From contig JAQGDQ010000498.1 of assembly GCA_030141605.1 (NCBI GenBank), positions 62,001 to 126,000 of the forward strand: a stretch of 64,000 bases of DNA, in the 5' to 3' direction. Positions 48,900-62,394 of this stretch are shown piece after piece. Below the pieces are notes generated by a model. It ran no database searches. It was given only the letters and a program-made list of their open reading frames with translations, and was not told the origin of the DNA. The position numbers and the translations under genes are program-made. The stretch is from Tubiluchus corallicola. Its lineage: Eukaryota > Animalia > Priapulida. Position 1 is the first letter of the stretch; every line of letters starts with the position of its first letter.

Positions 48900-51300
48900 T
48901 ACTTCTATGCTGCGTGTTTTGCCTGTTAAAACCCATCCAAACATTGTCTCAGCCGCTACTGGACCTGTTTCACTTCTCCGAATATTTCCTGTTACTATGT
49001 GCCACTAATTATCGGGTCCGATTAGAATGTTAACTGGCAATGGTGTATAATGACCTTGAATGCCATCTGCCAAGGACAACCCATTGAGGTGAACCCATTT
49101 GATCATTTCCGAAGTAAAATCTTACTTCACTAATGGGGCACAAATCTTCCTCGCAGCGATGGCAGTGACAGTTACACAGCTGTCCTGATTTACAGTCGAA
49201 CATAACTTCACTTTCACTTCATTGCGAATAGTCGGTGCCGATGACTGTTCACCAAATGTTGTTATTGCTAAGCTCTGTTTTCCGAGGATACAACAAGCAG
49301 GTTTTGCTGCTAAAATCTTCCTGTATGTATGATAATTCGCTTCCTTGGTCTAATCAAATCCGTATATCCTTCTGTGACAGCGTGTCTAAGAAAATGTTAA
49401 ATTGATGTTAGGATGTTTTGCCAAGCAGTCCCACTGTCACGAGTTATACCTTGATTGACCAAAATATAGCAAAATTAGCACATGAGTCCGTGTATGACAG
49501 TATGAACAATGCTTTAGGTTTATACCTTAATTCTCTAGGAATACAATTACCCAAACAACAGGATTTTTAACAATAATAATAATAATGAGGATATTTAATT
49601 ATTTTCGATTCACGCAGAAAAAAACTAATGCCGGCGTAAAAAGTTCTTTTGTAAACAAACACTTTGGAACGCAATAATAGTTAACGTGACAATATAGAAA
49701 TGGTTCACATAATCAATACGAATGTTTCAAAAATACTCAACTGGATAAACCTAATAAAATTTAGCATTTTTTTTACTCAACTTTACGGTGGCTGGGCCCA
49801 GCATAACTCTCCAGGGAGATGGATACCATCAGCAATGCTCCTACCACGTATTCGCCCGAATACCACGTTTCCTCGTTTCCAACCACGAATCGTACCAAGT
49901 TTCCTACCACGTTACCCAATATTGCTGCCAGGACACGTCTGCCAAAACCATCAGCTCCTATGTCTCCAACAAATGACGATTGACTCCTCTAGACGGTACT
50001 GCACCGGATAATGACATTAAGCAACCAAACTGGAATTCAGTCTCCATAAGAGGAAGAGTTTAATGACAAGCATTCTGTACGGGAAACAACAGAGGTGTTC
50101 TATCCTGGATGGCTTCCACTGGTATTACCATCAAGAAACACAATCGGAGGTTACGTGAATAAACAAGTTTCTTTCCAAAGCCTCTCTAACCAATAACCAA
50201 ATTGCCCATGAGGTGGCTTTCACTTTCGAGGCATACACACATGTTCAAAACTGGCAACATGCTATCAACAAAAATAAGCTCTTTTTACTTTGAGCAACAA
50301 AACCAGATAGACCACGAAACTAGGCCAATACCTGGCCAGGTAGGTAAATTTGGTCATGTGACCCAGGCTCTGGTCATTCAAGCCTGTAAAGTGCTTCCAT
50401 TTAATGCTACAAAAAAAATCAACTGGCAACAAAAATCACAAGTCTAACAAAACGTATTAACAATCATGGCAATCAATGTTATACCAATAATAATGAAACA
50501 TTTTGGATTGTCATCAAAAATACATTAATAAAAAATAAGTCAATCAATTATTAGTAGCGCATCACCATGGACGGCTTCGGTCGTCACACCTTCGTTCCAT
50601 GCATACCGATGGCATCTACAATTGCTGTTTGTAGTATGGCCTTGCGACCTCTATCTGACTTTGTCTGAGCTGAGTCATTAGTCTTCAATGTTGCAGATAC
50701 AACACCAACTGTTGTAGATACAGTTTCGCTACCTGACTTCTTTTCAGGGTTCTCAGCCGTTCCGATGTTCTTTTCACAGAATGTAGCATTGTATGATGCA
50801 TCTTCATCAACACTCGACATCTGTTTTTGCTTTTACAATCTCGAACACGATGGTCTTTTAAGCAGTTGAAACACAGCTGCATTTCTTTTACCTTGTTGAT
50901 TCGTTTCTCTATGTCTAAATGCTGCAGCACCGGACAAGCCACAGCCCAGTGTGAACTTGACTTGCAGATGTTGCACGCCATCTCTCGTCTATGATATGGT
51001 TCGTTATCTCGCACTCTGGTGTGAAATGCCCTTACAGTAGGCTGTTTTATGTATGGTTTATCGTCTTTTGTCGATTCATGTTGTTGCAAACACTCATGTC
51101 CGAATGCTGAACGAGATTGTTGCACATATTCCCGTGACTCTACCTCACGCCTTGCAAACTTTAGCAAATCGTCTACTGTTGCACCCTCTACCTGTTCCAG
51201 CTTGGCAAATTCTAAACATATATCTTCAGGCAAGAGATGCTAAAAAGAGCACCAAAAGAGTACCTTTCTGCTGTAACTCCTGCTTTTAAACCACATACGT
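48900..51300 (-). mobile_element. Degraded BEL/Pao gag-protease fragment
   Basis: Knuckles CNICKSSSHWAVAC and CFNCLKDHRVRDC then HHTMLH; ILQTA and protease LDQGSELSYI..ITTFG, the BEL/Pao arrangement. Confidence 0.82.
49373..50588. mobile_element. 1216-bp solo LTR inserted in the BEL protease region
   Basis: TGTGAC ... GTCACA ends with a perfect 5-bp TSD CCTTC (49368-49372, 50589-50593); removal restores GTKDIRI*LDQGS. Confidence 0.82.
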
Positions 51301-51559
51301 TAATTTCTAGTTTTCAAAGGTTGTCATTGATTATGGTATAAATAGTGTCCTAAGAACCAGAAATGCGGCGATGACTTCCAGAACAGAACAATTTACGTCC
51401 AGTGAACATTGAATGATTGAGATGACGGAGCAATGGACCAGTACAGAGGAATTATCCATAATTCGTGACTGATATACGAATCGGTTACATAATCTGTTAA
51501 ACCAGCAATCACCACGCAAGATGCAAGAATTAAGAATGCAGCTATGCACAGAAATTTGC

Positions 51560-54500
51560 CACTTTCTCACGTCAGTGAAATTGGCTCAGAAAAAGAATTT
51601 ATCACATGTGTTTCAGCGGCCGTATATATCAATTATTTGCTCCATCTTATTGGCCATTACGCAGTTGGTCACCTGATGCTCAATGTTCAGTACGGCCAAG
51701 TTAGAGACACGTGCCTGCCGCATTATATTTCTCAAGTATGTTTTCAAACGGCGAAGGGTACTGAAGGAGCATTCGGCGGAACAAGACGTTGCCGGAACAG
51801 ACACTAAAATTATGACAACCTTCGAAAAAGTTGGAAGTATAGACATGATGGAGTGTTCATGCATGTAATCAACAATGTCAGCTGCAGTTTTGAAATCAGT
51901 GCTGTCGTTTCTGATATAATTAAGAAAAATTGATTTTTCCAATTGGAGCAAATCACTGTCGAGACTGTAATAGTGACTTACAGTCAAGTAACTGTCCGTC
52001 TCTGATTTTTTATTAATTACAATATCCCTGACAGCACACAGAATTTCCAAAGCCCTTCCTTTGAACCTATTCGTCATCTCGCCGATAGCGCGATCCAGAC
52101 TTGCATAGAAGATATTGATCCGAAAATGATCTTCAACTAATTGTTCTTGTATCAGCTTGTCAGGCACTTCACCTATCAGCACTTAGTGTCGTCTTGATGG
52201 TACTCAACAGCGTGGTAGGCTCGCTTCTCTGAATGAGAACTGTGTGTCCTCTATGAGTGGTTTAACAAAGTTGCTTTGTCCAGCTTCAGCCACATATTTT
52301 ATGCACATTGCACAATGACAGTTGTTCCATCCTGCTAACATCAGTAGTCTCATCTGATAGCAAGAGAATATCTTTACATCTCAGATGCAGTAATTCAATA
52401 AGATTTCTTCGGTTTACGTCAGATGCATTGGATATTGTTTTCCTGTCTTCTATATGACCGCACTGCGCTATGTTCTGCTGCGCTGTGAAAACCAATGATT
52501 CTATTAGCACACACAGATACTCACAATTTTTTCGCACCATGTCTTTGTGGTTTTTATCCATCTGAATGAGAATTGAAGTTTCTTTCCTTTTGTTGGCTTC
52601 TGTCATCAACCATTTTGTCATAGCCATTTTATGCACTTCAGAACGAGAATACTTTAAGAGCCATTCCGGCTTTTTCTAGTTTTTGAAGATGAAGGATTTA
52701 TCGTCTATATATCGACTGCACGGGAAACAAACTACGTGGGATTTAGCCAGGTCGTAACTGATCCATGGATACATCTTGTACCACTCTCGACGAAGTCTCG
52801 TGGGTACTTATCACCAGCAAATGTTTTGGGACCATATTCATCCAGAATTGGTTGTAATGGGCAGTCGGTTAGATCTGTTTGTTCTAGTTGTCCGGGTGGG
52901 TCCATTACTGGTTCTGTGGGATATGCACATTCACTATTGTCGTCATCGCTGTGGACACTGGTGCTAGGAGAAATCGGCTGAGTGTTTCCTCCAAATGTCA
53001 AGTCTTCCAACCGCCATGATACGAGACCGCCTTCAATGTTGAAGCAAGTGGTGGCCATTTCATCTATAAATGCACATGTCATATTTTAATGTAAGCACCT
53101 CAACTAAAAATGAACTTTGCTTGCATTAAAAATTCTATTTTAGCAGATTTAAAGTTTCACACTTACCGACTTGGAAGCTTATTCAGATTGCAAAAGAATG
53201 CTAGCTGACCTATCATCGTTCTTGCCTGTTTTTCAAGTTGTTATGTAAATAAACGTTCTAATAGACAAAAAGACAACAAACGAAAACGACACAACGGCCA
53301 ATTAATTTTGTAAAACTTTAACACAACACAGATTGCTGTACATTTAACTTTAATGTCTACAAAATGATTGAAAGCTTAAAAATCAAATCGTACAATTATA
53401 TAAAAATAAATACCATATACAAGTTTTATCACAATATAAAAAAGCAGCTGAATGAGAACTGTGTGTCCTCTATGAGTGGTTTAACAAAGTTGCTTTGTCC
53501 AGCTTCAGCCACATATTTTATGCACATTGCACAATGACAGTTGTTCCATCCTGCTAACATCAGTAGTCTCATCTGATAGCAAGAGAATATCTTTACATCT
53601 CAGATGCAGTAATTCAATAAGATTTCTTCGGTTTACGTCAGATGCATTGGATATTGTTTTCCTGTCTTCTATATGACCGCACTGCGCTATGTTCTGCTGC
53701 GCTGTGAAAACCAATGATTCTATTAGCACACACAGATACTCACAATTTTTTCGCACCATGTCTTTGTGGTTTTTATCCATCTGAATGAGAATTGAAGTTT
53801 CTTTCCTTTTGTTGGCTTCTGTCATCAACCATTTTGTCATAGCCATTTTATGCACTTCAGAACGAGAATACTTTAAGAGCCATTCCGGCTTTTTCTAGTT
53901 TTTGAAGATGAAGAATTTATCGTCTATATATCGACTGCACGGGAAACAAACTACGTGGGATTTAGCCAGGTCGTAGCTGATCCATGGATACATCTTGTAC
54001 CACTCTCGACGAAGTCTCGTGGGTACTTATCACCAGCAAATGTTTTGGGACCATATTCATCCAGAATTGGTTGTAATGGGCAGTCGGTTAGATCTGTTTG
54101 TTCTAGTTGTCCGGGTGGGTCCATTACTGGTTCTGTGGGATATGCACATTCACTATTGTCGTCATCGCTGTGGACACTGGTGCTAGGAGAAATCGGCTGA
54201 GTGTTTCCTCCAAATGTCAAGTCTTCCAACCGCCATGATACGAGATCGCCTTCAATGTTGAAGCAAGTGGTGGCCATTTCATCTATAAATGCACATGTCA
54301 TATTTTAATGTAAGCACCTCAACTAAAAATGAACTTTGCTTGCATTAAAAATTCTATTTTAGCAGATTTAAAGTTTCACACTTACCGACTTGGAAGCTTA
54401 TTCAGATTGCAAAAGAATGCTAGCTGACCTATCATCGTTCTTGCCTGTTTTTCAAGTTGTTATGTAAATAAACGTTCTAATAGACAAAAAGACAACAAAC

Positions 54501-57500
54501 GAAAACGACACAACGGCCAATTAATTTTGTAAAACTTTAACACAACACAGATTGCTGTACATTTAACTTTAATGTCTACAAAATGATTGAAAGCTTAAAA
54601 ATCAAATCGTACAATTATATAAAAATAAATACCATATACAAGTTTTATCACAATATAAAAAAGCAGCTGAATGAGAACTGTGTGTCCTCTATGAGTGGCT
54701 TAACAAGGTTGTTTTGTTCAGCTTCAGCCACATATCTTATGCACATTGCACAATGACAATTGTTCCATCCTGCTAACATTCGAAGTCTCGTCAACTATGA
54801 TACTGTACAGCCCATTTTCTCGAATTTCATTAGTGATGTGATCGTGCACCATTTTCCCAACTATTTCCAACAGTTCATTCTGTGGTGCAGGAGATATCCA
54901 TTGGGCATGCTGATCAAGTTTTGAGCACAATTTGTCTGATAGCAAGAGAATATCTTTACATCTCAGTTGCAGTCATTCAATAAGATTTCTTTGGTTTACA
55001 TCAGATGCATTGGATATTGTTTTCCTGTCTTCTATATGACCACACTGCGCTATGTTCTGCTGCGCTGTGAAAACTAATGATTCTATTAGCACACACAGAT
55101 ACTCACAATTTTTTCGCACCATGTCTTTATGGTTTTTATCCATCTGAATGAGAATTGAAGTTTCTTTCGTTTTGTTGGCTTCTGTCATCAACCATTTTGT
55201 CATAGCCATTTTATGCACTTCAGAACGGGAATGCTTTAAGAGACGTTCCGGTTTTTGAAGATGAAGGATTTATCGTCCATATATCGACTGCACGGGAAAC
55301 AAACTACGTGGGATTTAGCCAGATCGTAGCTGATCCATGGATACATCTTGTACCACTCTCGACAAAGTCTCGTGGGTACTTATCACCAGCAAATGTTTTG
55401 GGACCATATTCATCCAGAATTGGTTGTAATGGGCAGTCGGTTAGATCTGTTTGTTCTAGTTGTCCGGGTGGGTCCATTACTGGTTCTGTGGGATATGCAC
55501 ATTCACTATTGTCGTCATCGCTGTGGACACTGGTGCTAGGAGAAATCGGCTGAGTGTTTCCTCCAAATGTCAAGTCTTCCAACCGCCATGATACGAGATC
55601 GCCTTCAATGTTGAAGCAAGTGGTGGCCATTTCATCTATAAATGCACATGTCATATTTTAATGTAAGCACCTCAACTAAAAATGAACTTTGCTTGCATTA
55701 AAAATTCTATTTTAGCAGATTTAAAGTTTCACACTTACCGACTTGGAAGCTTATTCAGATTGCAAAAGAATGCTAGCTGACCTATCATCGTTCTTGCCTG
55801 TTTTTCAAGTTGTTATGTAAATAAACGTTCTAATAGACAAAAAGACAACAAACGAAAACGACACAACGGCCAATTAATTTTGTAAAACTTTAACACAACA
55901 CAGATTACTGTACATTTAACTTTAGTGTCTACAAAATGATTGAAAGCTTAAAAATCAAATCGTACAATTATATAAAAATAAATACCATATACAAGTTTTA
56001 TCACAATATAAAAAAGCAGCTGATTTCAGAAAACGTAAAATTATCTCCTCAAAATTGAGATTTTTGCTACAATCAATGGGTAAGAGGTTAACAAAGCAAA
56101 ATATTAATATTGAAGGAACTTCGTAATCTCTTCCAAGGTTTTCAGATGGAGAGATCGTTCCTATAACGCTTATCGCATTACCTCTTTGACAAACGCAGGC
56201 ACATGGAATTCGCATTACCTCTTCCGAGGCACATTGAATTCGCTTATATAATGTACAAAGGAAATTTTCACCTTCATTGTCAAAGGTGCCAAAAGTTTCA
56301 ATAGCAACTGGCACAAAATTCAAAGTTGGCAAAAGATTGCTGTATTTCATATACAAAAGGAAAGTCCCAGCAGCTTGAGGGGCCAACAAGTTGGAATCGT
56401 TTGTTAAAAAAAACCTCGCAGCGACGGAATGAGATCAAGCATGAAGATAGATTTTTCTGAAGAAACTGGTGGACCGGCTTCGGTCCTATTATTCCCTGCA
56501 GCCGACTAATCTTCTTGTGGATTTCCAACAGTTCATTCTGTGGTGCAGGAGATATCCATTGGGCATGCTGAGTGTTTCCTCCAAATGTCAAGTCTTCCAA
56601 CCACCATGATAGGAGATCGCCTTCAATGTTGAAGCAAGTGGTGGCCATTTCATCTATAAATGCACATGTCATATTTTAATGTAAGCACCTCAACTAAAAA
56701 TGAACTTTGCTTGCATTAAAAATTCTGTTTTAGCAGATTTAAAGTTTCACACTTACCGACTTGGAAGCTTATTCAGATTGCAAAAGAATGCTAGCTGACC
56801 TATCATCGTTCTTGCCTGTTTTTCAAGTTGTTATGTAAATAAACGTTCTAATAGACAAAAAGACAACAAACGAAAACGACACAACGGCCAATTAATTTTG
56901 TAAAACTTTAACACAACACAGATTGCTGTACATTTAACTTTAATGTCTACAAAATGATTGAAAGCTTAAAAATCAAATCGTACAATTATATAAAAATAAA
57001 TACCATATACAAGTTTTATCACAATATAAAAAAGCAGCTGAATGAGAACTGTGTGTCCTCTATGAGTGGCTTAACAAGGTTGTTTTGTTCAGCTTCAGCC
57101 ACATATCTTATGCACATTGCACAATGACAGTTGTTCCATCCTGCTAACATCCGAAGTCTCGTCAACTATGATACTGTACAGCCCATTTTCTCGAATTTTA
57201 TTAGTGATGTGATCGTGCACCATTTTCCCAACTATTTCCAACAGTTCATTCTGTGGTGCAGGAGATATCCATTGGGCATGCTGATCAGGTTTTGAGCACA
57301 ATTTGTCTGATAGCAAGAGAATATCTTTACATCTCAGATGCAGTCATTCAATAAGATTTCTTCGGTTTACGTCAGATGCATTGGATATTGTTTTCCTGTC
57401 TTCTATATGACCGCACTGCGCTATGTTCTGCTGCGCTGTGAAAACCAATGATTCTATTAGCACACACAGATACTCACAATTTTTTCGCACCATGTCTTTG

Positions 57501-59340
57501 TGGTTTCTATCCATCTGAATGAGAATTGAAGTTTCTTTCGTTTTGTTGGCTTCTGTCATCAACCATTTTGTCATAGCCATTTTATGCACTTCAGAACGAG
57601 AATGCTTTAAGAGACGTTCCGGCTTTTTCCAGTTTTTGAAGATGAAGGATTTATGGTCCATATATCGACTGCACGGGAAACAAACTACATGGGATTTAGC
57701 CAGATCGTAGCTGATCCATGGATACTTCTTGTACCACTTTCGACGAAGTCTCGTGGGTACTTATCTCCAGCAAATGTTTTGGGACTATATTCATCCAGAA
57801 TTCTTTGTAATGGACAGTCGGTTAGATCTGTTTGTTCTAGTTGTCCAGGTGGGTCCATTACTGGTTCTGTGGGATATGCACATTCACTATTGTCGTCATG
57901 AGGAGAAATCGGCTGAGTGTTTCCTCCAAATGTCAAGTCTTCCAACCGCCATGATACGAGATCGCCTTCAATGTTGAAGCAAGTGGTGGCCATTTCATCT
58001 ATAAATGCACATGTCATATTTTAATGTAAGCACCTCAACTAAAAATGAACTTTGCTTGCATTAAAAATTCTATTTTAGCAGATTTAAAGTTTCACACTTA
58101 CCGACTTGGAAGCTTATTCAGATTGCAAAAGAATGCTAGCTGACCTATCATCGTTCTTGCCTGTTTTTCAAGTTGTTATGTAAATAAACGTTCTAATAGA
58201 CAAAAAGACAACAAACGAAAAAGACACAACGGCCAATTAATTTTGTAAAACTTTAACACAACACAGATTACTGTACATTTAACTTTAATGTCTACAAAAT
58301 GATTGAAAGCTTAAAAATCAAATCGTACAATTATATAAAAATAAATACCATATACAAGTTTTATCACAATATAAAAAAGCAGCTGAATGAGAACTGTGTG
58401 TCCTCTATGAGTGGCTTAACAAGGTTGTTTTGTTCAGCTTCAGCCACATATCTTATGCACATTGCACAATGACAGTTGTTCCATCCTGCTAACATTCGAA
58501 GTCTCGTCAACTATGATACTGTACAGCCCATTTTCTCGAATTTTATTAGTGATGTGATCGTGCACCATTTTCCCAACTATTTCCAACAGTTCATTCTGTG
58601 GTGCAGGAGATATCCATTGGGCATGCTGATCAAGTTTTGAGCACAATTTGTCTGATAGCAAGAGAATATCTTTACATCTCAGATGCAGTAATTCAATAAG
58701 ATTTCTTCGGTTTACGTCAGATGCATTGGATATTGTTTTCCTGTCTTCTATATGACCGCACTGCGCTATGTTCTGCTGCGCTGTGAAAACCAATGATTCT
58801 ATTAGCACACACAGATACTCACAAGTTGTTTTTCGCACCATGTCTTTATGGTTTTTATCCATCTCAATGAGAATTGAAGTTTCTTTCGTTTTGTTGGCTT
58901 CTGTCATCAACCATTTTGTCATAGCCATTTTATGCACTTCAGAACGAGAATGCTTTAAGAGACGTTCCGGCTTTTTCCAGTTTTTGAAGATGAAGGATTT
59001 ATCATCCATACATCGACTCACGGGAAACAAACTACATGGGATTTAGCCTGGTCGTAGCTGATCCATGGATACATCTTGTACCACTCTTGACTTAGTCTCG
59101 TGGGTACTTATCTCCAGCAAATGTTTTGGGACCATATTCAATCCAGAATTGGTTGTAATGGGCAGTCGGTTAGATCTGTTTGTTCTAGTTGTCTGGGTGG
59201 ATCCATTACTGGTTCTGTGGGATATGCACATTCACTATTGTCGTCATCGCTGTGGACACTGGTGCTTGGTGCACTAAATGTAAATAGCTCGATTGATTTG
59301 CTTTCTTCACTGGAGCGAGGCTACCGATTATAGATACTTC
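51560..59340 (-). mobile_element. Decayed hAT transposase (ZMYM1/THAP12-like; TTF-type Zn region, DUF4371, hATC dimerisation domain) with internal tandem amplification
   Basis: C-terminal VPATSCSAECSFSTLRRLKTYLRNIMRQARVSNLAVLNIE (51613-52182); repeated FKNWKK..HSRSEVH, WISPAPQNELLE and YSIIVDETSDVSRMEQLSLC; units start at 52231, 53450, 54669, 57040 and 58385. Confidence 0.92.
56130..56420 (-). mobile_element. Restriction-like endonuclease (RLE) tail of a CRE-like non-LTR element
   Basis: FVPVAIETFGTFDNEGENFL...QRGNAISVIGTI motif. Confidence 0.65.
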
Positions 59341-59769
59341 TTTCTTTGAGTATATTTCATTTTGTTTAGCAAATTTACTATGAACTATTGTACATCATTG
59401 AATTATAATATCCCAACTCATTCAGCTTCGTTAGTGAACTAGCCTGAACGGCTACACGAACTATATGTTAGTAATTTCGTAAAAAATATTTATGCTCTAT
59501 GCAAAGTTAGCTATGAGTGTATAATAAAATGCTGAAATAAATAAATAAAAATAACATATTTAATTTAATTTTGGAGTATGTTGGTTTGTTGTCTCGCTCT
59601 GCATGTAAACAAAGATGGCGACGTCCTGACGCTGTTCATGCAAGTGCATCTAATTATTAAAATCGCCGCTGATTCCATTCTTAGGGCATTTATTAGCTAA
59701 TTTACCGTTGTCAAAGGTAAAATAGCTGTTCTTCTTCAGAACAATTAAGGCAAGGGAAGGTGAGTAAGT

Positions 59770-62390
59770 GTAAAACACCACACTCCCCCTTCTTAAATCC
59801 TTCATCCGCCCTCTGATGATCCAGTCTGCACGTCAGATGGCCACCCAACTTCCACCAAAATCGAAAATATAACAAAGAAGATTAACTTACAACTTTGTTA
59901 ACAGTTTTTTAAAAAAATGTATATGAATAAACATTATACATGTATAAACCTGTAAAATACAGTAAAAATATTTTTAAACAACAATAAAATATTGTCACTT
60001 TGGTGTAGTACAATATGCAATGATATAAAATATAAGCACCAAATATGAATAATACGTTTGGCTTTCTTAATCATTTGTTACACTCTTGTACCTCATAACT
60101 ACATAGTAAATATCATCGATAAAGTTTTTATAAGCACTACAATTGATGTTCAGATCACTTCATACACCATTCATGGTCCTTTCAGTAACCGTTTCCACAA
60201 CTACTTGGCAGCCTCCCGTAGCTGGAAGTGCCACTTCATCATCCTCGGAAGAGGAGGTGCAAGATGAGGAGGAAGTCGAGCCAGAACTCTCGATGACCAT
60301 TGCTCTTTTCCTTTGGAATTTATCCCGGGACGCCTTGGTTCAGGCCGCGGCCAGGTTTTCAGGCGCTGAAGAGGTAGATAGAGTGGAAGTGAGTGGTGGC
60401 TTCTCAGCCATGCCAGATTTTTCAGCCACTGCAGTCTTCACAGAAGGTTTAGATGCATGTCTTTGTCGAAGCGATTTTAAGTTTCTCTCATGCTCTTGCC
60501 TCTCCTTCCGTAGTTGCTCTTCAAATTCTTTTTCCTTGTCCTCCAGCTTCCTCTTCCATTTCCTGTCTGTGTCATTTATAGCCCGCTTTCTTCTTTCCTC
60601 CTGTAATTTTTCCCTGATGGTGTCAAGCTCTTTCTGAAGTATGTGCTCCCGGTGGAGCAGTTCTGCTATTGTTGCGGACTCTCCAGGACTGGTTAAGGCT
60701 AACAGGATGTGGAGGTCGCAGTGAGAAATCGGGATGCGTAGGTTTTTTAATGGGTAAGTCTAGCGGATCGTCTGCCCAGGACAAGAATGGCGGTGGCGAG
60801 GACAGCGGTCTCGACTGTTGCGGATCTGATGGACTTCTTAATTCTGTTCTCTTCTGATGTAGTCTTTTTATGTGTCTACGCAGATTCGATCTCTTTTTTG
60901 TGGTGAATCCACATTTTCCACACTGTAGCATTTTTCTGTAAAAGAAAAGAACAGCTGGTTCACAAATCTAATCGTTTAAGGGGCTTAATAACCCTTTTTC
61001 CTTTTCTTTTTAGTGTTTCTGTTATGTTATTTTGTGTATCTTGGTCAACATCTTGTTCAGCTGTGACATTTTCGAAGAATTTCCCAATAACATCTTTGCC
61101 ATGATCTTCATTCTGTAGAAGATCATGGTCTGCAAGCTGTTTGTCAGGAAAATTTTCCTGTGTCCAATCCCTTGGTAGCTCATCCGAATGATAAGGTTTT
61201 AAATTATCAACATGAAGCACCTTAGGCATGGAAAATTTTCTTTGCTGAATTTTAAAGAGCACCTCTGTGATCTTCTGCACAACTAAGTAAGGCCCTTGCC
61301 AGCCAAGACCCAGTTTCTTCTTAGTGGCTGGGGGATACCAGTACCATACCCATTTGCCAACATCCATGTTGAGATATTTTAAATGATGATCATAACTACA
61401 TTTTTGTCTCTCTGCACATTTATTAAGACACTTTCGTGCATACTTATGAGCCTCTTCGACTACATTCCTCACCCATTCCACATACTCATGTGGACAGGAA
61501 GATGGTGGAACAGAATGTGGAGGAGAGCCTACCACCACATCTAAGGGAAAATAATTTTCCCTCCCAAATATCATGAGATTGGGAGAGCAACCCGTAGACG
61601 TGTGAGCAGTTGCACGGTATGCCGTCATCACATATGGCAAATGGTCATCCCAGTCATCACGGTTTCCATTTACAAATACTGACTGCATCTGCTGCAGTGT
61701 CCTGTTGAATCGTTCAACCAATCCATCGGACTGCGGATGGTATGGGGTTGTACATGTCTTATGAATCTGCAAGGCCTCGCACACCCCCAGGAATCGCTTA
61801 GATTCAAACTCAGGACCTTGGTCAGTGTGGATTAATAATGGAACGCCATAGCGACAGATCAATTCTGTCACCAGGGTATCTGCAACTGTATATGCCTCAT
61901 GGTTAGGCAAAGCATAAGCCTCAACCCACTTTGTAAAGTAGTCAGATACAACCATTATCACTCTGTTCTTCCTCTGAGTCTCCTCCAATGGACCCATTAT
62001 ATCTATAGCTATTCTCTGTAGTGGTGTACTCACGAGCTGCTGTTGCAGCTTCCCAATTTTTGGCCCTTTACCTGGTTTCCTCCTTGCACAAACAGTGCAA
62101 TCTCGGCACCATCTTCAGATGTCTTTTTGGTAACTAGGCCAGTAAAAACGCTGTTTTACTCTAGCCGTGCTCCGATGAAAACCTTGATGTCCACCAGTTC
62201 GGGGATAATGAAGCTCTTTAAAAACAATCACCCTCCCTTTGGATGGTACAACAAGTTGCTTGATGGGGAAATTTGGTGTTACTGGGGTTATCCAACGCCT
62301 ATATAGAAATCCATCCTGTAGCCCAAGTAAGTCCCACTGATTCCAATAGGCCTTAAAGTCTCGACTTTTGCTCAGGTAGTAAGAACAGCT
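59770..62390 (-). mobile_element. 3' half of a Ty3/Gypsy LTR retrotransposon (integrase, extra ORF, PPT, start of 3' LTR)
   Basis: Integrase 60960-62033 (IAIDIMGP, DYFTKWVEAY, HTDQGPEF, YHPQSDGLVERFNRTL, GPY); frameshifted HHCC zinc region at ~62050-62220; PPT AAGAAGGGGGAG followed by TG at ~59783-59794. Confidence 0.92.
60150..60931 (-). pseudogene. Gypsy extra ORF: C2H2 zinc finger + coiled coil + Ser-rich tail (frameshifted)
   Basis: MLQCGKCGFTTKKRSNLRRHIKRLH, preceded by the acceptor-like TTCTTTTCTTTTACAG; continues after a frameshift as KELDTIREKLQEERRKR..KEKEFEEQLRKERQEHE. Confidence 0.65.
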
Positions 62391-62394
62391 GCTT

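Noticed and set aside
51613-59030. Functional host ZMYM1/THAP12-like gene
   Set aside because: Stops, frameshifts, a missing central catalytic region and tandem fragments indicate a decayed hAT transposon.
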